A stretch of DNA of 30,238 bases, taken from positions 1 through 30,238 of the IMG/VR virus record IMGVR_UViG_3300038954_000398; one strand, given 5' to 3'. Shown here in pieces: positions 16,086-25,798 of the stretch. Position 1 is the stretch's first letter, and each line of letters begins with the position of its first letter. Source of the stretch: a virus (lineage: Duplodnaviria > Caudoviricetes). The translations under genes and the position numbers were made by a program. The notes beneath the pieces are model-generated. The model ran no database searches, had not been told where the DNA came from, and was given only the letters and a program-made list of their open reading frames with translations.

Positions 16086-17558
16086 ATGGCGAATCAGCAA
16101 GCAAAAATAGACCAAAATTACCAAAAAACCCTTCTAGCAAAAGACGCTCTGACTGGTGAAACTAGGCCGGTTTTGGTAGACAACGCTACCGGGAGAATAC
16201 TTACCGCTTCCGTGGTTGCTCCGGATTCAGGGTCTGGAATTACTCAAATCAACGCCGACGCTTCTACTTCCCAAACTCTAGCAACCGGAACTAGCGGAAC
16301 CGACTTTAACATTGCCACGGCAAGCGGCACTCATACCTTCAACATTCCCACCGCCTCAGCAACCAACAGAGGACTTTTAAGTACAACCGACTGGAGCGAC
16401 TTCAACAGTAAGCAAGATGCTTTAACGGCGGGAGAGGGTGTTGATTTAACCGGAGGCACTCTATCAATTGATTATGCAACTTTTGACGAATCCTCAATTG
16501 ACGCTAGCAACATTACTTTATCAGACCTGGACTTTTCAACCATTACAGCTTCTCAGTTAGGCAATATAGACCACGATCAGCTTCTTAACTACGATGCAAC
16601 TGAACACTTCACTCAGACGGATATTGTTCAGGTAGGAACTGTCACTAGTGGGACCTGGCAAGCTGGAGCAATCCAAGAAGAATACGGAGGAACTGGACAA
16701 TCAACCTACACCAAAGGAGACATTCTTTACTCTGACGCTTCTAACTCCTTAGCGAAACTTCCGATAGGAACTGATGGCCAACAGTTAAGAGTAACATCAA
16801 CCGGAGGATTGGAGTGGTTCACCTCTTCAACTTCTTCAGCTTCCACCACAACCGAGGGAGTTGTGGAGTTGGCCACTAACGCCGAAGCTGAGTCTAAGAA
16901 TGACACAACTAAAGCAGTCACGCCGAGTAACCTGGGAGCAATTTTTCTTGACGAAGATGACATGGCAAGCGACAGCGCCACTAAATTAGCCTCTCAGCAA
17001 TCCATAAAGGCTTATTCAGACTCAGCCATTCAAACTCTCACCAACAAAACCCTCACAACGCCAAAAATAGACACCATAAACGAGGAAACCACTGATAACG
17101 GAGTTACAATTGATCAAGTCAACATTAAGGACGGCAGCACCATAACCGCCAAGAGCGACCAACACCTAGATTTAGTTGCCGGCACTAATAAATTAGTTAA
17201 AACAACCGTTCTAAGACAAGATGACACCACCGACACTTACCAAGGGCAGCAAGTGACCCTTGTCGGGTGGGGTTATCAGCAAGGAGATGACACTTTTCAA
17301 ATATCAGAAAGCGTTTCTTTCGGAGTAACTTTTTCCAGCGTTCCCTGGGTTCAAGTATCAACTGTCGGAACAAGAGCAGTTGCTGATGGCGCCCCTTCCA
17401 GCCTCGGAGACTTCGACAACACGGCGGCAGGGGTAGCGGTTGACGCTGTTAGTGTTAGCACCACTGGGTTCACCGCTTCTCAGGGTAAAGATGGAGGAAG
17501 CGCGATATCTACTAATTTTTATCATGGATATTCCTGGATCGCTATCGGAACCATATAA
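16086..17558 (+). CDS. tail fibre protein
   Basis: Fibre motifs ASATNRGLLSTTDW, ASTTTEGVVELATNAE...KAVTP, DEDDMASDSATKLASQQSIKAY, QTLTNKTLTTP; C-terminal 'VSFGVTFSSVP...YSWIAIG' (gp53/H-lectin-like). Confidence 0.8.
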   Translation: MANQQAKIDQNYQKTLLAKDALTGETRPVLVDNATGRILTASVVAPDSGSGITQINADASTSQTLATGTSGTDFNIATASGTHTFNIPTASATNRGLLSTTDWSDFNSKQDALTAGEGVDLTGGTLSIDYATFDESSIDASNITLSDLDFSTITASQLGNIDHDQLLNYDATEHFTQTDIVQVGTVTSGTWQAGAIQEEYGGTGQSTYTKGDILYSDASNSLAKLPIGTDGQQLRVTSTGGLEWFTSSTSSASTTTEGVVELATNAEAESKNDTTKAVTPSNLGAIFLDEDDMASDSATKLASQQSIKAYSDSAIQTLTNKTLTTPKIDTINEETTDNGVTIDQVNIKDGSTITAKSDQHLDLVAGTNKLVKTTVLRQDDTTDTYQGQQVTLVGWGYQQGDDTFQISESVSFGVTFSSVPWVQVSTVGTRAVADGAPSSLGDFDNTAAGVAVDAVSVSTTGFTASQGKDGGSAISTNFYHGYSWIAIGTI

Positions 17559-17561
17559 CTT

Positions 17562-18452
17562 ATGCTTACTTACACCGGAGCCCGTAATTATTACGGCAAA
17601 CTAACCAACAATACCGATTCCGACAACCTAACCCTGGGAGACCAGCTTATTAATGAATCAATCAAAGAGATATTGTCTAGTAGTGATTGGCCTTTCTTGG
17701 AGACTAGCTCGGACATTACTACGGTAGAAAGCCAGCAGTTCTATGATATTCCCGCTGATGCAGACAAAATTATCCAGGTGGTGGTGAATGTCGGTACATA
17801 CAACTTCGTTCCCTACCGATGCCCTTCAAGGGAGGGGTGGGAGCTAATGAATCAAACTCAGCAATTTGAATCGAGCTATCCCCAATGGTACTACGTAACA
17901 ACGGACAAGATTGGTCTTTACCCAATATCATCTCAGGATGGTGACACGATAACAATCTATTATACAAAAACCCAAAAAGATTTATCACAAGCTGATTACG
18001 CAACAGGGACGATTACAACCGCCACTAATGGAGACAAGACAATAGTCGGAAGCGGGACAACCTGGATTGATGACATGACTGGAAGATACATAAGAATTGA
18101 CTCACCGGGTGGAGATAATCAGTGGTACAAGATAGCAAGCGTAACAAGTAATACCGAACTGGAGCTTTCTAAAAATTATCAAGGATCGTCAATATCATCC
18201 GGCTCAGCTTCTTACACAATTGGAGAGGTCTCAATTATACCAGAACAACACCAAAGACTCCCGGTATATAAAGCAGCTGAAATCTATTTTCTTACAGAAC
18301 AGCCTGATACGAATAGATCGGACAGATTCAAGAGACTTTTTAAAGAAGGAATGCAGAAGATGACGGAAGAATACGAGAGGTCAACGGACCCCGTTTGTCT
18401 AGACACCGGAGACTTTAGAATTGATAACCCTAATTTATATGTCGAACTTTAG
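17562..18452 (+). CDS. head-tail adaptor (tail tubular protein A-like) with inserted beta domain
   Basis: 'LINESIKEI...WPFL...QQFYDIPAD...IGLYP...ITIYY' and 'IPEQHQRLPVYKAA'; central insert 'GTITTATNGDKTIVGSGTTW...WYKIASVTSNTEL'. Confidence 0.7.
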   Translation: MLTYTGARNYYGKLTNNTDSDNLTLGDQLINESIKEILSSSDWPFLETSSDITTVESQQFYDIPADADKIIQVVVNVGTYNFVPYRCPSREGWELMNQTQQFESSYPQWYYVTTDKIGLYPISSQDGDTITIYYTKTQKDLSQADYATGTITTATNGDKTIVGSGTTWIDDMTGRYIRIDSPGGDNQWYKIASVTSNTELELSKNYQGSSISSGSASYTIGEVSIIPEQHQRLPVYKAAEIYFLTEQPDTNRSDRFKRLFKEGMQKMTEEYERSTDPVCLDTGDFRIDNPNLYVEL

Positions 18453-19992
18453 AGTAGCAATTGAGAATATTTTTGACGGAATCTCAAGCACGAGGTATTT
18501 TGGCGCAAAATCTAGTTATGATTCATCGATTGGGGTTGATCCGGACTATCCAATTGAGGGACAAATTAAGACTTCCGGAATGCTTTGCCCCACCCCTTAC
18601 GCTAAATTTAGCAGCATCACCGGAGCCCCGATGTGGATTGTCACAAATCCCAAAGAGTCTAATGTCTATGTGTATACAACCGACGGAAGCTTTGTTAGAT
18701 ACGATGAGGACCTTGACAACGAAACCAGCCTAACCTCTCCCACCTCAGGAGCTGGCAACGGAATGGCTTATTATAATAACTATATCTACCTCGCCACTCC
18801 TACTAATATATCTCGGTACGGTCCAATGAACGGAACGCCCACCATGGCTCAAAATGTTTGGACCAGTGCGCTATTGGGAACTCAGACCTCACTTGGTAAC
18901 TTTACTTACCCGACAATTAGAGGGGTTAAGGTACCTAATCACCCGATGCACGTGCATGGAGATAATTTTTTGTACTTTGGCGATGTAGTGGATGGTCAGG
19001 GAGTGATTCATGCAATCGGAACTCAAAAAGGATCGGTCGAAGGTGATACAGATGATAGTTCAGCGTATAATGTCCTAGACTTACCTTTTGGATATATACC
19101 TACAGATATAGCTAGTTATGGAACGGACCTTGTAATTTTGGCGATGCAAACCCGAGACGACAAGATCAACCAAGGCGGAGCCTCTCTTTTCTTTTGGGAT
19201 ACTTTTGACGATACCTTTTATAATGAAGTTCCTTTAAGCGACCCAATGGCTACAGCAATTTTAAACTCAAATGGTAGGCTATATATCTGGAGTGGCAACA
19301 GCCAGAACGGATGCAGGTTAAGCGAATATCTCGGAGGAGATTCTGTCAGAGAGATAGCTTACTTAGAGGAAGGAGCGCCACCGTTTGCCGGAGCAGTTGA
19401 CTCCTTGGGATCAAGACTAGCCTGGGGGGTGTACACTACCTATCCGGAAGACAGCGCCTCAATCATGGCCTTTGGGTCTAAGTCAAGCAGACTACCGGCA
19501 GGAATGCATAATATAATCAGAGCCACCTCTAGCGGAGCAAACAGAAATGTTACCAGCGCAAAATTCGTTCAGCAAAGCTCCAACATAAGACCCAGGATGG
19601 TGGTGGGGTGGAATGATGACAGTGGAAGCGGATTAGATAAATACAATTCCGGAGCAACCCTTAACAATATATGGAGGAGTAAACTTTACACAATTGGAAA
19701 CAAATTCAATATTCACAAAATATCCATGAGGCTAGGGAGAGAGATTGCCGCTAATATGGAGGTGTCGGTTAAGATATACATTGATGATCTTAGTAGCAGC
19801 TTTACTCTAAGTACAGTTAATAACACCAACTTCTCCGGAAGAAAGGTAATATATAAGAGGCCGGGATTAGACAATGTAAGAGGGGAGAATAACTTTCTGA
19901 TTGAATTAAGCTGGGGAGGAACCGCCGAACTACCGGTGACACTACCCCTCACTATCTACGGAGAAGTGTTTGAAGACGAAACAGCGCAATGA
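18439..19992 (+). CDS. tail nozzle / DNA stabilization protein (tail tubular B, P22 gp10-like)
   Basis: In-frame ATG 18439 in ORF 18421..19992; large all-beta propeller-like protein directly after the adaptor. Confidence 0.65.
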   Translation: MSNFRVAIENIFDGISSTRYFGAKSSYDSSIGVDPDYPIEGQIKTSGMLCPTPYAKFSSITGAPMWIVTNPKESNVYVYTTDGSFVRYDEDLDNETSLTSPTSGAGNGMAYYNNYIYLATPTNISRYGPMNGTPTMAQNVWTSALLGTQTSLGNFTYPTIRGVKVPNHPMHVHGDNFLYFGDVVDGQGVIHAIGTQKGSVEGDTDDSSAYNVLDLPFGYIPTDIASYGTDLVILAMQTRDDKINQGGASLFFWDTFDDTFYNEVPLSDPMATAILNSNGRLYIWSGNSQNGCRLSEYLGGDSVREIAYLEEGAPPFAGAVDSLGSRLAWGVYTTYPEDSASIMAFGSKSSRLPAGMHNIIRATSSGANRNVTSAKFVQQSSNIRPRMVVGWNDDSGSGLDKYNSGATLNNIWRSKLYTIGNKFNIHKISMRLGREIAANMEVSVKIYIDDLSSSFTLSTVNNTNFSGRKVIYKRPGLDNVRGENNFLIELSWGGTAELPVTLPLTIYGEVFEDETAQ

Positions 19993-21251
19993 TTAAAATA
20001 GACAAAAAAGAGCCAAAAAACCTTGAACAAGAGAGGGTTGATGATATAACTCTACCCGAGAATAAACACCTCAATGAGGCGGAAATTAGAGCACTTTTAA
20101 AATCGGAATTGGCTAATTATAGAGGAATAATAAGGGTGAGAAGTGGCAAGTTAAGTTCCGGAGGGACAGAATTGAGCTCAAGCGGATTGCTTATCGGAGG
20201 AACGGCGCCAGGAACGGAGGTTTCATTGCTTGATTGGTCCAACACCTTAACCTTTAGTGCGGTGGATCATGATACAGTTGAATGGAATAGTGGAGTAATA
20301 ACGTTGTCAGACGGGACCATCTACAACATCACGGCTGGGAATACTGGGGATATGTCGACTGTTACATATATTTATTTAGATGTAGCGGTTAGTGAAACTA
20401 CTCTCCAGACCACGATTGACGCTAACGACGCTGTAGGAAATGGGAAAATTTTAGTTGGTGTAGCAGATAACAACGCTGATACTACAAGCCAGGCCAAGTT
20501 TAAGAAGTTTGGAGGGGGACCACTTGATGACTTGTTGACAGCTGACAACCTTGCATCTAACACCATCACGGCTAACGAGATAGCAGCTAATACAGTGACA
20601 GCCGCTGAAATTGGAGTCACTCAATTAAGTTCAATTTCAGCTAATATTGGAACAATAACCGCAGGAACAATAACTGGTGTAGATGTAACAGCTAAAGGAG
20701 GTGGAAGTGGGGTTGATGTAAGACTTAACTCTACAACTGGCAGACTGGAGTTTTTAGACGGAAACGATGTAGCGGGCTATGCTGAGTTAGACGAAGGAAC
20801 ACAAGATGTAACAATCAACGCTGATAATAACTTAGTATTAGAGGGAGATGGAGTTAAGATTGAATACGATGACGACGACAAGGGAACCCCAGATTGCGAA
20901 TGGTTCTCGAATGGAAGCCTAAGAATGAAACTTGACCAAGACGGGAATCTCTCCATCGACGGATCATATTCAGACGGAGGAGCGGGGTTTTGTGAAAGAT
21001 TTGATTCTTTGGAGCCTCTAGAGGCAGGAGAAACGGTGACCACCGAAGGAGACAATATTAGAAGATGTAAGGAAGGAGAAGAGCCAATTGGTGTGATTCC
21101 ATTTAATCCGGCTTTTATCGGACGAAGAGACATAGAAGGCCCAGCCGTTTCTTTCCTTGGTAGAGAGTGGGTTAAAAAAGGAGAGGTTATTGGAAAATCA
21201 TGGGTAAAGTTGAAAGAGGATAACAATTTAATTGAATATTTAGTCAGGTAA
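19989..21251 (+). CDS. tail needle/fibre protein with C-terminal intramolecular-chaperone-like (peptidase G2-type) domain
   Basis: ITANEIAANTVTAAEI and LSSISANIGTITAGTITG fibre segments; C-terminal 'GFCERF...G-TV...IGVI...V-FLG...W-KL...YLVR'. Confidence 0.65.
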   Translation: MIKIDKKEPKNLEQERVDDITLPENKHLNEAEIRALLKSELANYRGIIRVRSGKLSSGGTELSSSGLLIGGTAPGTEVSLLDWSNTLTFSAVDHDTVEWNSGVITLSDGTIYNITAGNTGDMSTVTYIYLDVAVSETTLQTTIDANDAVGNGKILVGVADNNADTTSQAKFKKFGGGPLDDLLTADNLASNTITANEIAANTVTAAEIGVTQLSSISANIGTITAGTITGVDVTAKGGGSGVDVRLNSTTGRLEFLDGNDVAGYAELDEGTQDVTINADNNLVLEGDGVKIEYDDDDKGTPDCEWFSNGSLRMKLDQDGNLSIDGSYSDGGAGFCERFDSLEPLEAGETVTTEGDNIRRCKEGEEPIGVIPFNPAFIGRRDIEGPAVSFLGREWVKKGEVIGKSWVKLKEDNNLIEYLVR

Positions 21252-21818
21252 GCCCCAGCGTTTTTTAGCGCCCTTGAGTCCGTTTTCTCTCATTTTTTTA
21301 GAGTCATAACGCTTATTATTGTTTTGCGCCTTGTAAGTAGCCCAACGGCAGTTTTCGGGAGAATAATCCCCGTCAACATCTTTTCTGTCTATGGTGGTAT
21401 TCTTTACCCCGTGAAGTGATACATGGATTTCATATTCAGCTAACATATCAGACAAGAACCTTTCGAAACTTGACCACCGAGAGCAAACAGAGATTCCTCT
21501 CTTTCCGTAGTATTGGTAGTGGTAGTTGTTGGGGTTTTGGCATCTATTCCGCATTTGTTGCCAAATATAGTAAATTCTAGTGTTGGTCATTCCGTGGGTA
21601 GTGTATAGCTTAGAATTTCTTTTTTTTGTTAATTCTCGCATTAGACAGCCGCACGACCTAGTTTTGGTCTTTAATCCGTAAGCCTCGATCGATTTTTTTG
21701 AACCGCAAGAGCATTTGCATTTCCAATAAGTTCTCCCGTTTTTAGTTTTATCAAAAGACAAAACTGTTAGTCTCCCGAATTTTTTACCAGTGAGGTCTAT
21801 GAAGTTTTTAGACCGCAT
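21240..21818 (-). CDS. HNH-type endonuclease-like protein (free-standing homing-endonuclease type)
   Basis: IDLTGKKFGRLTV, WKCKCSCG, SCGC, WQQMRNRC, YGKRGISVC, TIDRKDVDGDYSPENCRWAT..QNNN; the only credible minus-strand gene. Confidence 0.85.
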   Translation of the reverse strand: MRSKNFIDLTGKKFGRLTVLSFDKTKNGRTYWKCKCSCGSKKSIEAYGLKTKTRSCGCLMRELTKKRNSKLYTTHGMTNTRIYYIWQQMRNRCQNPNNYHYQYYGKRGISVCSRWSSFERFLSDMLAEYEIHVSLHGVKNTTIDRKDVDGDYSPENCRWATYKAQNNNKRYDSKKMRENGLKGAKKRWGLPD

Positions 21819-21845
21819 ATAAATAGCGTTAAAGTTTATAAATAT

Positions 21846-21874
21846 AGTTTAAAATAGCAGTATTAACTTGTCAA
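21846..21874 (-). promoter_or_regulatory. promoter for the HNH gene
   Basis: Minus strand TTGACA(21874-69), 17 nt, TAAACT(21851-46) in an AT-rich gap. Confidence 0.5.
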
Positions 21875-21877
21875 ATT

Positions 21878-22549
21878 ATGAAGTACAATGTAAGCAAAAG
21901 AGAAGCCCGAGAACTAGGGATAAAAAGAGTCCCTCTAGATGGTGGTTCTTCAAGATCCTCAAGATCGTCAGGAGGATTTGACTCCGGAAAAATGAGAGAC
22001 CTACAAAAGAGGTACTTGGGGATGATGAAACCATCTGATGCCGAAAAAAGAACCGGCAAGCAGTTGGAAAACTTAATCTCCTCTCGGGAGTTAGGACTTC
22101 AGCACGCTCAAGATAAACCGGTAGCCGCTCCGTTCGTTCGGGGTAGACAAGCATCGATTCAGAGTTCCACAGCCCGCCAAGCAATCCCCCTTCAAACAAG
22201 ACTTCAACAACTGATGTCTGAGAGGATGGCTAAGGCCCAAGGTTTGGCAGGAGCAACCGGAATCGAGAGAGCAATCCAACAAGGCAATCTAGCCTATGAT
22301 CAATTTGGATTGCAACAAGATAGGTTTAATCTTCAAGAGAGAGCCCAAGAGCAAGCCATGAGATTAGCGAGGGAGAGAGCAGCCAGGGCATCAGCCGGAA
22401 CTTCTAGAAATACCGGATACCTTAAGAACCTATTAGGACAATTTAGGAGGCAAAAAGCACCAACAACTAGCACAAGCGATGGGGTAATGTACGATGGCCA
22501 AGTTATCCCTCCAGAAGTAGCTAAAATAAGAAACTTATTTGGAAGATAA
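21878..22549 (+). CDS. putative DNA ejection (internal virion) protein 1
   Basis: Q/A/R-rich helical protein, first of three large ORFs between tail and lysis genes. Confidence 0.6.
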   Translation: MKYNVSKREARELGIKRVPLDGGSSRSSRSSGGFDSGKMRDLQKRYLGMMKPSDAEKRTGKQLENLISSRELGLQHAQDKPVAAPFVRGRQASIQSSTARQAIPLQTRLQQLMSERMAKAQGLAGATGIERAIQQGNLAYDQFGLQQDRFNLQERAQEQAMRLARERAARASAGTSRNTGYLKNLLGQFRRQKAPTTSTSDGVMYDGQVIPPEVAKIRNLFGR

Positions 22550-22553
22550 AATT

Positions 22554-23558
22554 ATGAGACAACAATACAGAAACACCTCTGAAGAACTTGGAGACTTTCT
22601 TAAATCAGAGTTTACTTCTCTTGATGATTTTAGGGGGGCAATGAGACCGACTGAAGCAACGCTACAGCCAAAACCAACAATGGAAAGTCAGCAGATTAAC
22701 CCATCGCAGCAACCCGCCACGACTTCCCAGCCAACTCAAGGGCTAATGAGACCTCCGGCTGCTCCGCAGGAATCCACACCACAGCCCTCAGCTTCTATCT
22801 ATGATATACCAGAACAAGCGCGCCCTTACCCTACTGCAGTAGACAGAAGCGGGAAGCCCCAGGGAAACTTTGACTTAGGAACGCCTTCCGGAGCAATTAT
22901 GTTTGCAAGATTCCGAGGGATGGACGACTCCCAAATTGCGGAGTCTATGGGTGTTCAACCTGAAGAACTTGACCAGATGGTACAAGAGGACATCCAGAGG
23001 ATTGCACAGCAAACGCAAGACACGCTAACTCCTCAAACATTCTCAGAAGCACTGGCTCTTAAAAAATTTGAAGCAGAGCAAGCCAAGGAGCCAGAAGAAA
23101 AACCTAAGTCTGTCGACGAAAAAAAGGCCGAGAGCTTCTATAACAGAATGAGCGAATCAGAGAAAACACTCAAGGAATTTGAAGAACTAGGAGGAGGACT
23201 GGGCGGCTTGGTGTTCGGACCAGAAGGAGGGGGTTTTCAGAACCTCCTTAAAAGTTCTGATAGGCAGCAATTCGAGCAGGCCCAAAGAGACTTTATCAAC
23301 GCCCAATTGAGGCGAGAGTCAGGAGCGGTAATTTCTCCAGAAGAATTTGAGAACGCAGCCAAGCAATATTTTCCACAACCAGGAGATTCTCCTGAAACAA
23401 TTGCTCAAAAAAGGAGAAACCGAGAGATTGTTGTAGAGAACATGGCCAGAGAAGGAAGAGTAACGCCACCAGAAGGAACCTCGCCAGAAGGCGAAGAGAA
23501 CACTGGAGGACAACCATTTACTGGGCCCGACGGTCAACAATATGTATTTATAGACTAA
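22554..23558 (+). CDS. putative DNA ejection protein 2
   Basis: In-frame ATG 22554 in ORF 22539..23558; 'EQAQRDFINAQLRRESGAVISPEEFENAAKQYFPQPGD' recurs in podophage internal proteins; P/Q-rich disordered N-terminus. Confidence 0.7.
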   Translation: MRQQYRNTSEELGDFLKSEFTSLDDFRGAMRPTEATLQPKPTMESQQINPSQQPATTSQPTQGLMRPPAAPQESTPQPSASIYDIPEQARPYPTAVDRSGKPQGNFDLGTPSGAIMFARFRGMDDSQIAESMGVQPEELDQMVQEDIQRIAQQTQDTLTPQTFSEALALKKFEAEQAKEPEEKPKSVDEKKAESFYNRMSESEKTLKEFEELGGGLGGLVFGPEGGGFQNLLKSSDRQQFEQAQRDFINAQLRRESGAVISPEEFENAAKQYFPQPGDSPETIAQKRRNREIVVENMAREGRVTPPEGTSPEGEENTGGQPFTGPDGQQYVFID

Positions 23559-25780
23559 TGGCAATACCAATCACTAGAGCCGAATATCAATCTAAGTTCG
23601 GACAACAACCACCACAACCAACTCAGGGGAAACCCATTCCAATTACTAGAGCCGAATATCAGGCCAAGTTTGGGCAACAGCCACCTCAGCAACCAACTGA
23701 AATTTCAATCGAAGCCCCCAGAGGAGGGGGGATGGAGTCTATTGACCAATGGCATCAAGAGCAAACTGATAAATTGATGAGAGCCTACCAATCAGGCCAA
23801 ATCTCCGGAGAGAAGATGCACGAAATTAATCAGCAACTTCTCCAGGAAGCGCAGGGAAGCACAGACAGAGAGAAGCCTATCTTGCTTAGGGCAGCCGAGG
23901 CAACAGAAGAAAGGATTGAAAAAGGGAAAGAGGCTGATGTAGCCGGAATGAAAGGAGAGCAAACATTCTTCGAATCCGGGGCCCAAATAGCCGGCCAAAT
24001 GGCTGGTTGGTTTGGTGATATGGGGGCGTTAGTTGTTAGTGAAGCTATACCGGAGTCAGTCAAGGAAGGAGGGGAGGACGCCATTGCTAGCTTCATGGAA
24101 ACAGAGGCCGGGCAGCAGGTCGCAGAAAAAGCGCAGGAAGTTCAGAAGTGGGCTGAGGAAAACCCAAGAGCCGCTAGAAATTTAGCAGCCGCCGGAAACC
24201 TACTATCTATTGTACCCACTACCGGAGGAGCAGGAGCAGGAGTTAAGGTCGGGACTAGGGCCGCTAGAGAAGCGGGGGAGCTTGGGCTTGATGTTGCAGA
24301 GCTAGGAGCAAGGTCGGCTAGGGGAGCAATGAGGGCTACCGGCTCAGCAGCAGAAAAAGCAGGAACTGGAACTAGAGCTCTTGGAAGAGAGTTGACTTCG
24401 AGGGCGACCGGGCTTAACAAGGAAACAATTGACCAAGTTATCAAAAACCCGGAGTTGTTTTCTCAGTCAGAGATGGCGAAAATAAGCGACGAGGCGCTTT
24501 TTAACAAGGCTAGAACCGCTATAGACCAAAGGCTGTCGGCTCTTGATGAAACAGGCAAGGCTTATGAAGGAATTAGAAGAATTGAACAACCAGTTAATAT
24601 TGAGGAAGATTTTGTGGGAAATGCTATCAGAAACGCTGGATTTGACGTACAAGATGGCCAGGTTATCGCAACAACCAAAAGCGCCAGCCGGCAACCAGCC
24701 GACATAAACGCTCTTCAGAGATTTATGGATGACTGGGGGGGGAGAACAGAGTTAACTCCAGAAGAGTTTTTAAACATGAGGAAAGACCTTTCAGAGCTCT
24801 CTAAATTTGATAGAATGAGCGGTAAAACTAGAGCATCCGAGCAAGTGGCAAAAAAAATGAGGAACAGCTTGAACGAATACCGAGACCAAATACCAGGACT
24901 TAAACAATTAGACAAAAAGTTCGGACCAGAGAAAGAATTTCTAGAGAAAGTCAAAAAAGACTTTTTTAATCGCGATGGCACTCTTAAGTCAAACGCAGTT
25001 TCTAAAATGGCAAATCTAACCGGAAGGGGCAAGGAACAAGTTCTGGATAGAATGGAGAAAATTGTTCCTGGAATTACAGAGGAAGTCAATATTCTTAAGG
25101 CAGTTCAAGACATTTCCAGAGCAGGGGAACAAAAAGTTGGAACTTACGCCCAAAGTATCGCAGGGTTAGGAGTTGGAGCTGCCACCGGAGGAGTTCCTGG
25201 TGCCATTATTGGAGCAATTGCAACTTCTCCCGCTGTTACGGTTAGAATACTTAGAGCCTATGCTACTGCTATGAATAAAGGTAAGGGAGCAATCGGAGCA
25301 ATAATAAACAAAATGAAAAAAGGAAGAGACCTTACTAAGGGCCAAAAAGACACCGTAAGGGAGGCTCTTAGATTTGCTGGAGAAAAGCTTGTGAGGGATG
25401 GAGACTTTGAGCCAAGAAGCGGGCTACTAAGGCGAGCTAAAGAAGGTAAGATTAGCGCCGGTATGTCCATGAGAGATGTTAGCGAGGGAGGCTTAATGCG
25501 ACCCCAAGCCAAAAGAGCAGCCGCAGAGGCCAAACTAATGGAAGATGATAGAAACGCCCTTAAAGACTTCATCAACGCCGTAAGGTCTGACGATAAAGAC
25601 TACTTAGCACAAGAGAGACTCCCCGCAGAATACATTTTTGAGAAATTGGGCGTTAACATGGACATGTCACTTGGTAGACTCGCTAATGTAGCAGAGAGTA
25701 TTTTGACGGGCGCCAAAAGCCCTAGGCCACTTTACGCCACTGGACGGCCATTTGAAGCCGAAAGAGCCTTAATTAGATAA
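23558..25780 (+). CDS. putative DNA ejection protein 3 (large)
   Basis: 740 aa, helical, A/G-rich with membrane-like stretch GLGVGAATGGVPGAIIGAIA; last gene before lysis. Confidence 0.7.
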   Translation: MAIPITRAEYQSKFGQQPPQPTQGKPIPITRAEYQAKFGQQPPQQPTEISIEAPRGGGMESIDQWHQEQTDKLMRAYQSGQISGEKMHEINQQLLQEAQGSTDREKPILLRAAEATEERIEKGKEADVAGMKGEQTFFESGAQIAGQMAGWFGDMGALVVSEAIPESVKEGGEDAIASFMETEAGQQVAEKAQEVQKWAEENPRAARNLAAAGNLLSIVPTTGGAGAGVKVGTRAAREAGELGLDVAELGARSARGAMRATGSAAEKAGTGTRALGRELTSRATGLNKETIDQVIKNPELFSQSEMAKISDEALFNKARTAIDQRLSALDETGKAYEGIRRIEQPVNIEEDFVGNAIRNAGFDVQDGQVIATTKSASRQPADINALQRFMDDWGGRTELTPEEFLNMRKDLSELSKFDRMSGKTRASEQVAKKMRNSLNEYRDQIPGLKQLDKKFGPEKEFLEKVKKDFFNRDGTLKSNAVSKMANLTGRGKEQVLDRMEKIVPGITEEVNILKAVQDISRAGEQKVGTYAQSIAGLGVGAATGGVPGAIIGAIATSPAVTVRILRAYATAMNKGKGAIGAIINKMKKGRDLTKGQKDTVREALRFAGEKLVRDGDFEPRSGLLRRAKEGKISAGMSMRDVSEGGLMRPQAKRAAAEAKLMEDDRNALKDFINAVRSDDKDYLAQERLPAEYIFEKLGVNMDMSLGRLANVAESILTGAKSPRPLYATGRPFEAERALIR

Positions 25781-25798
25781 CTCTGTGTTCGATAGAAA

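Noticed and set aside
11611-19992. Apparent abundance of CCGG/ACCGGA/TCCGGA sites
   Set aside because: Explained by Thr-Gly, Ser-Gly and Ala-Gly codon pairs in Gly-rich structural proteins; cannot claim enrichment without a count
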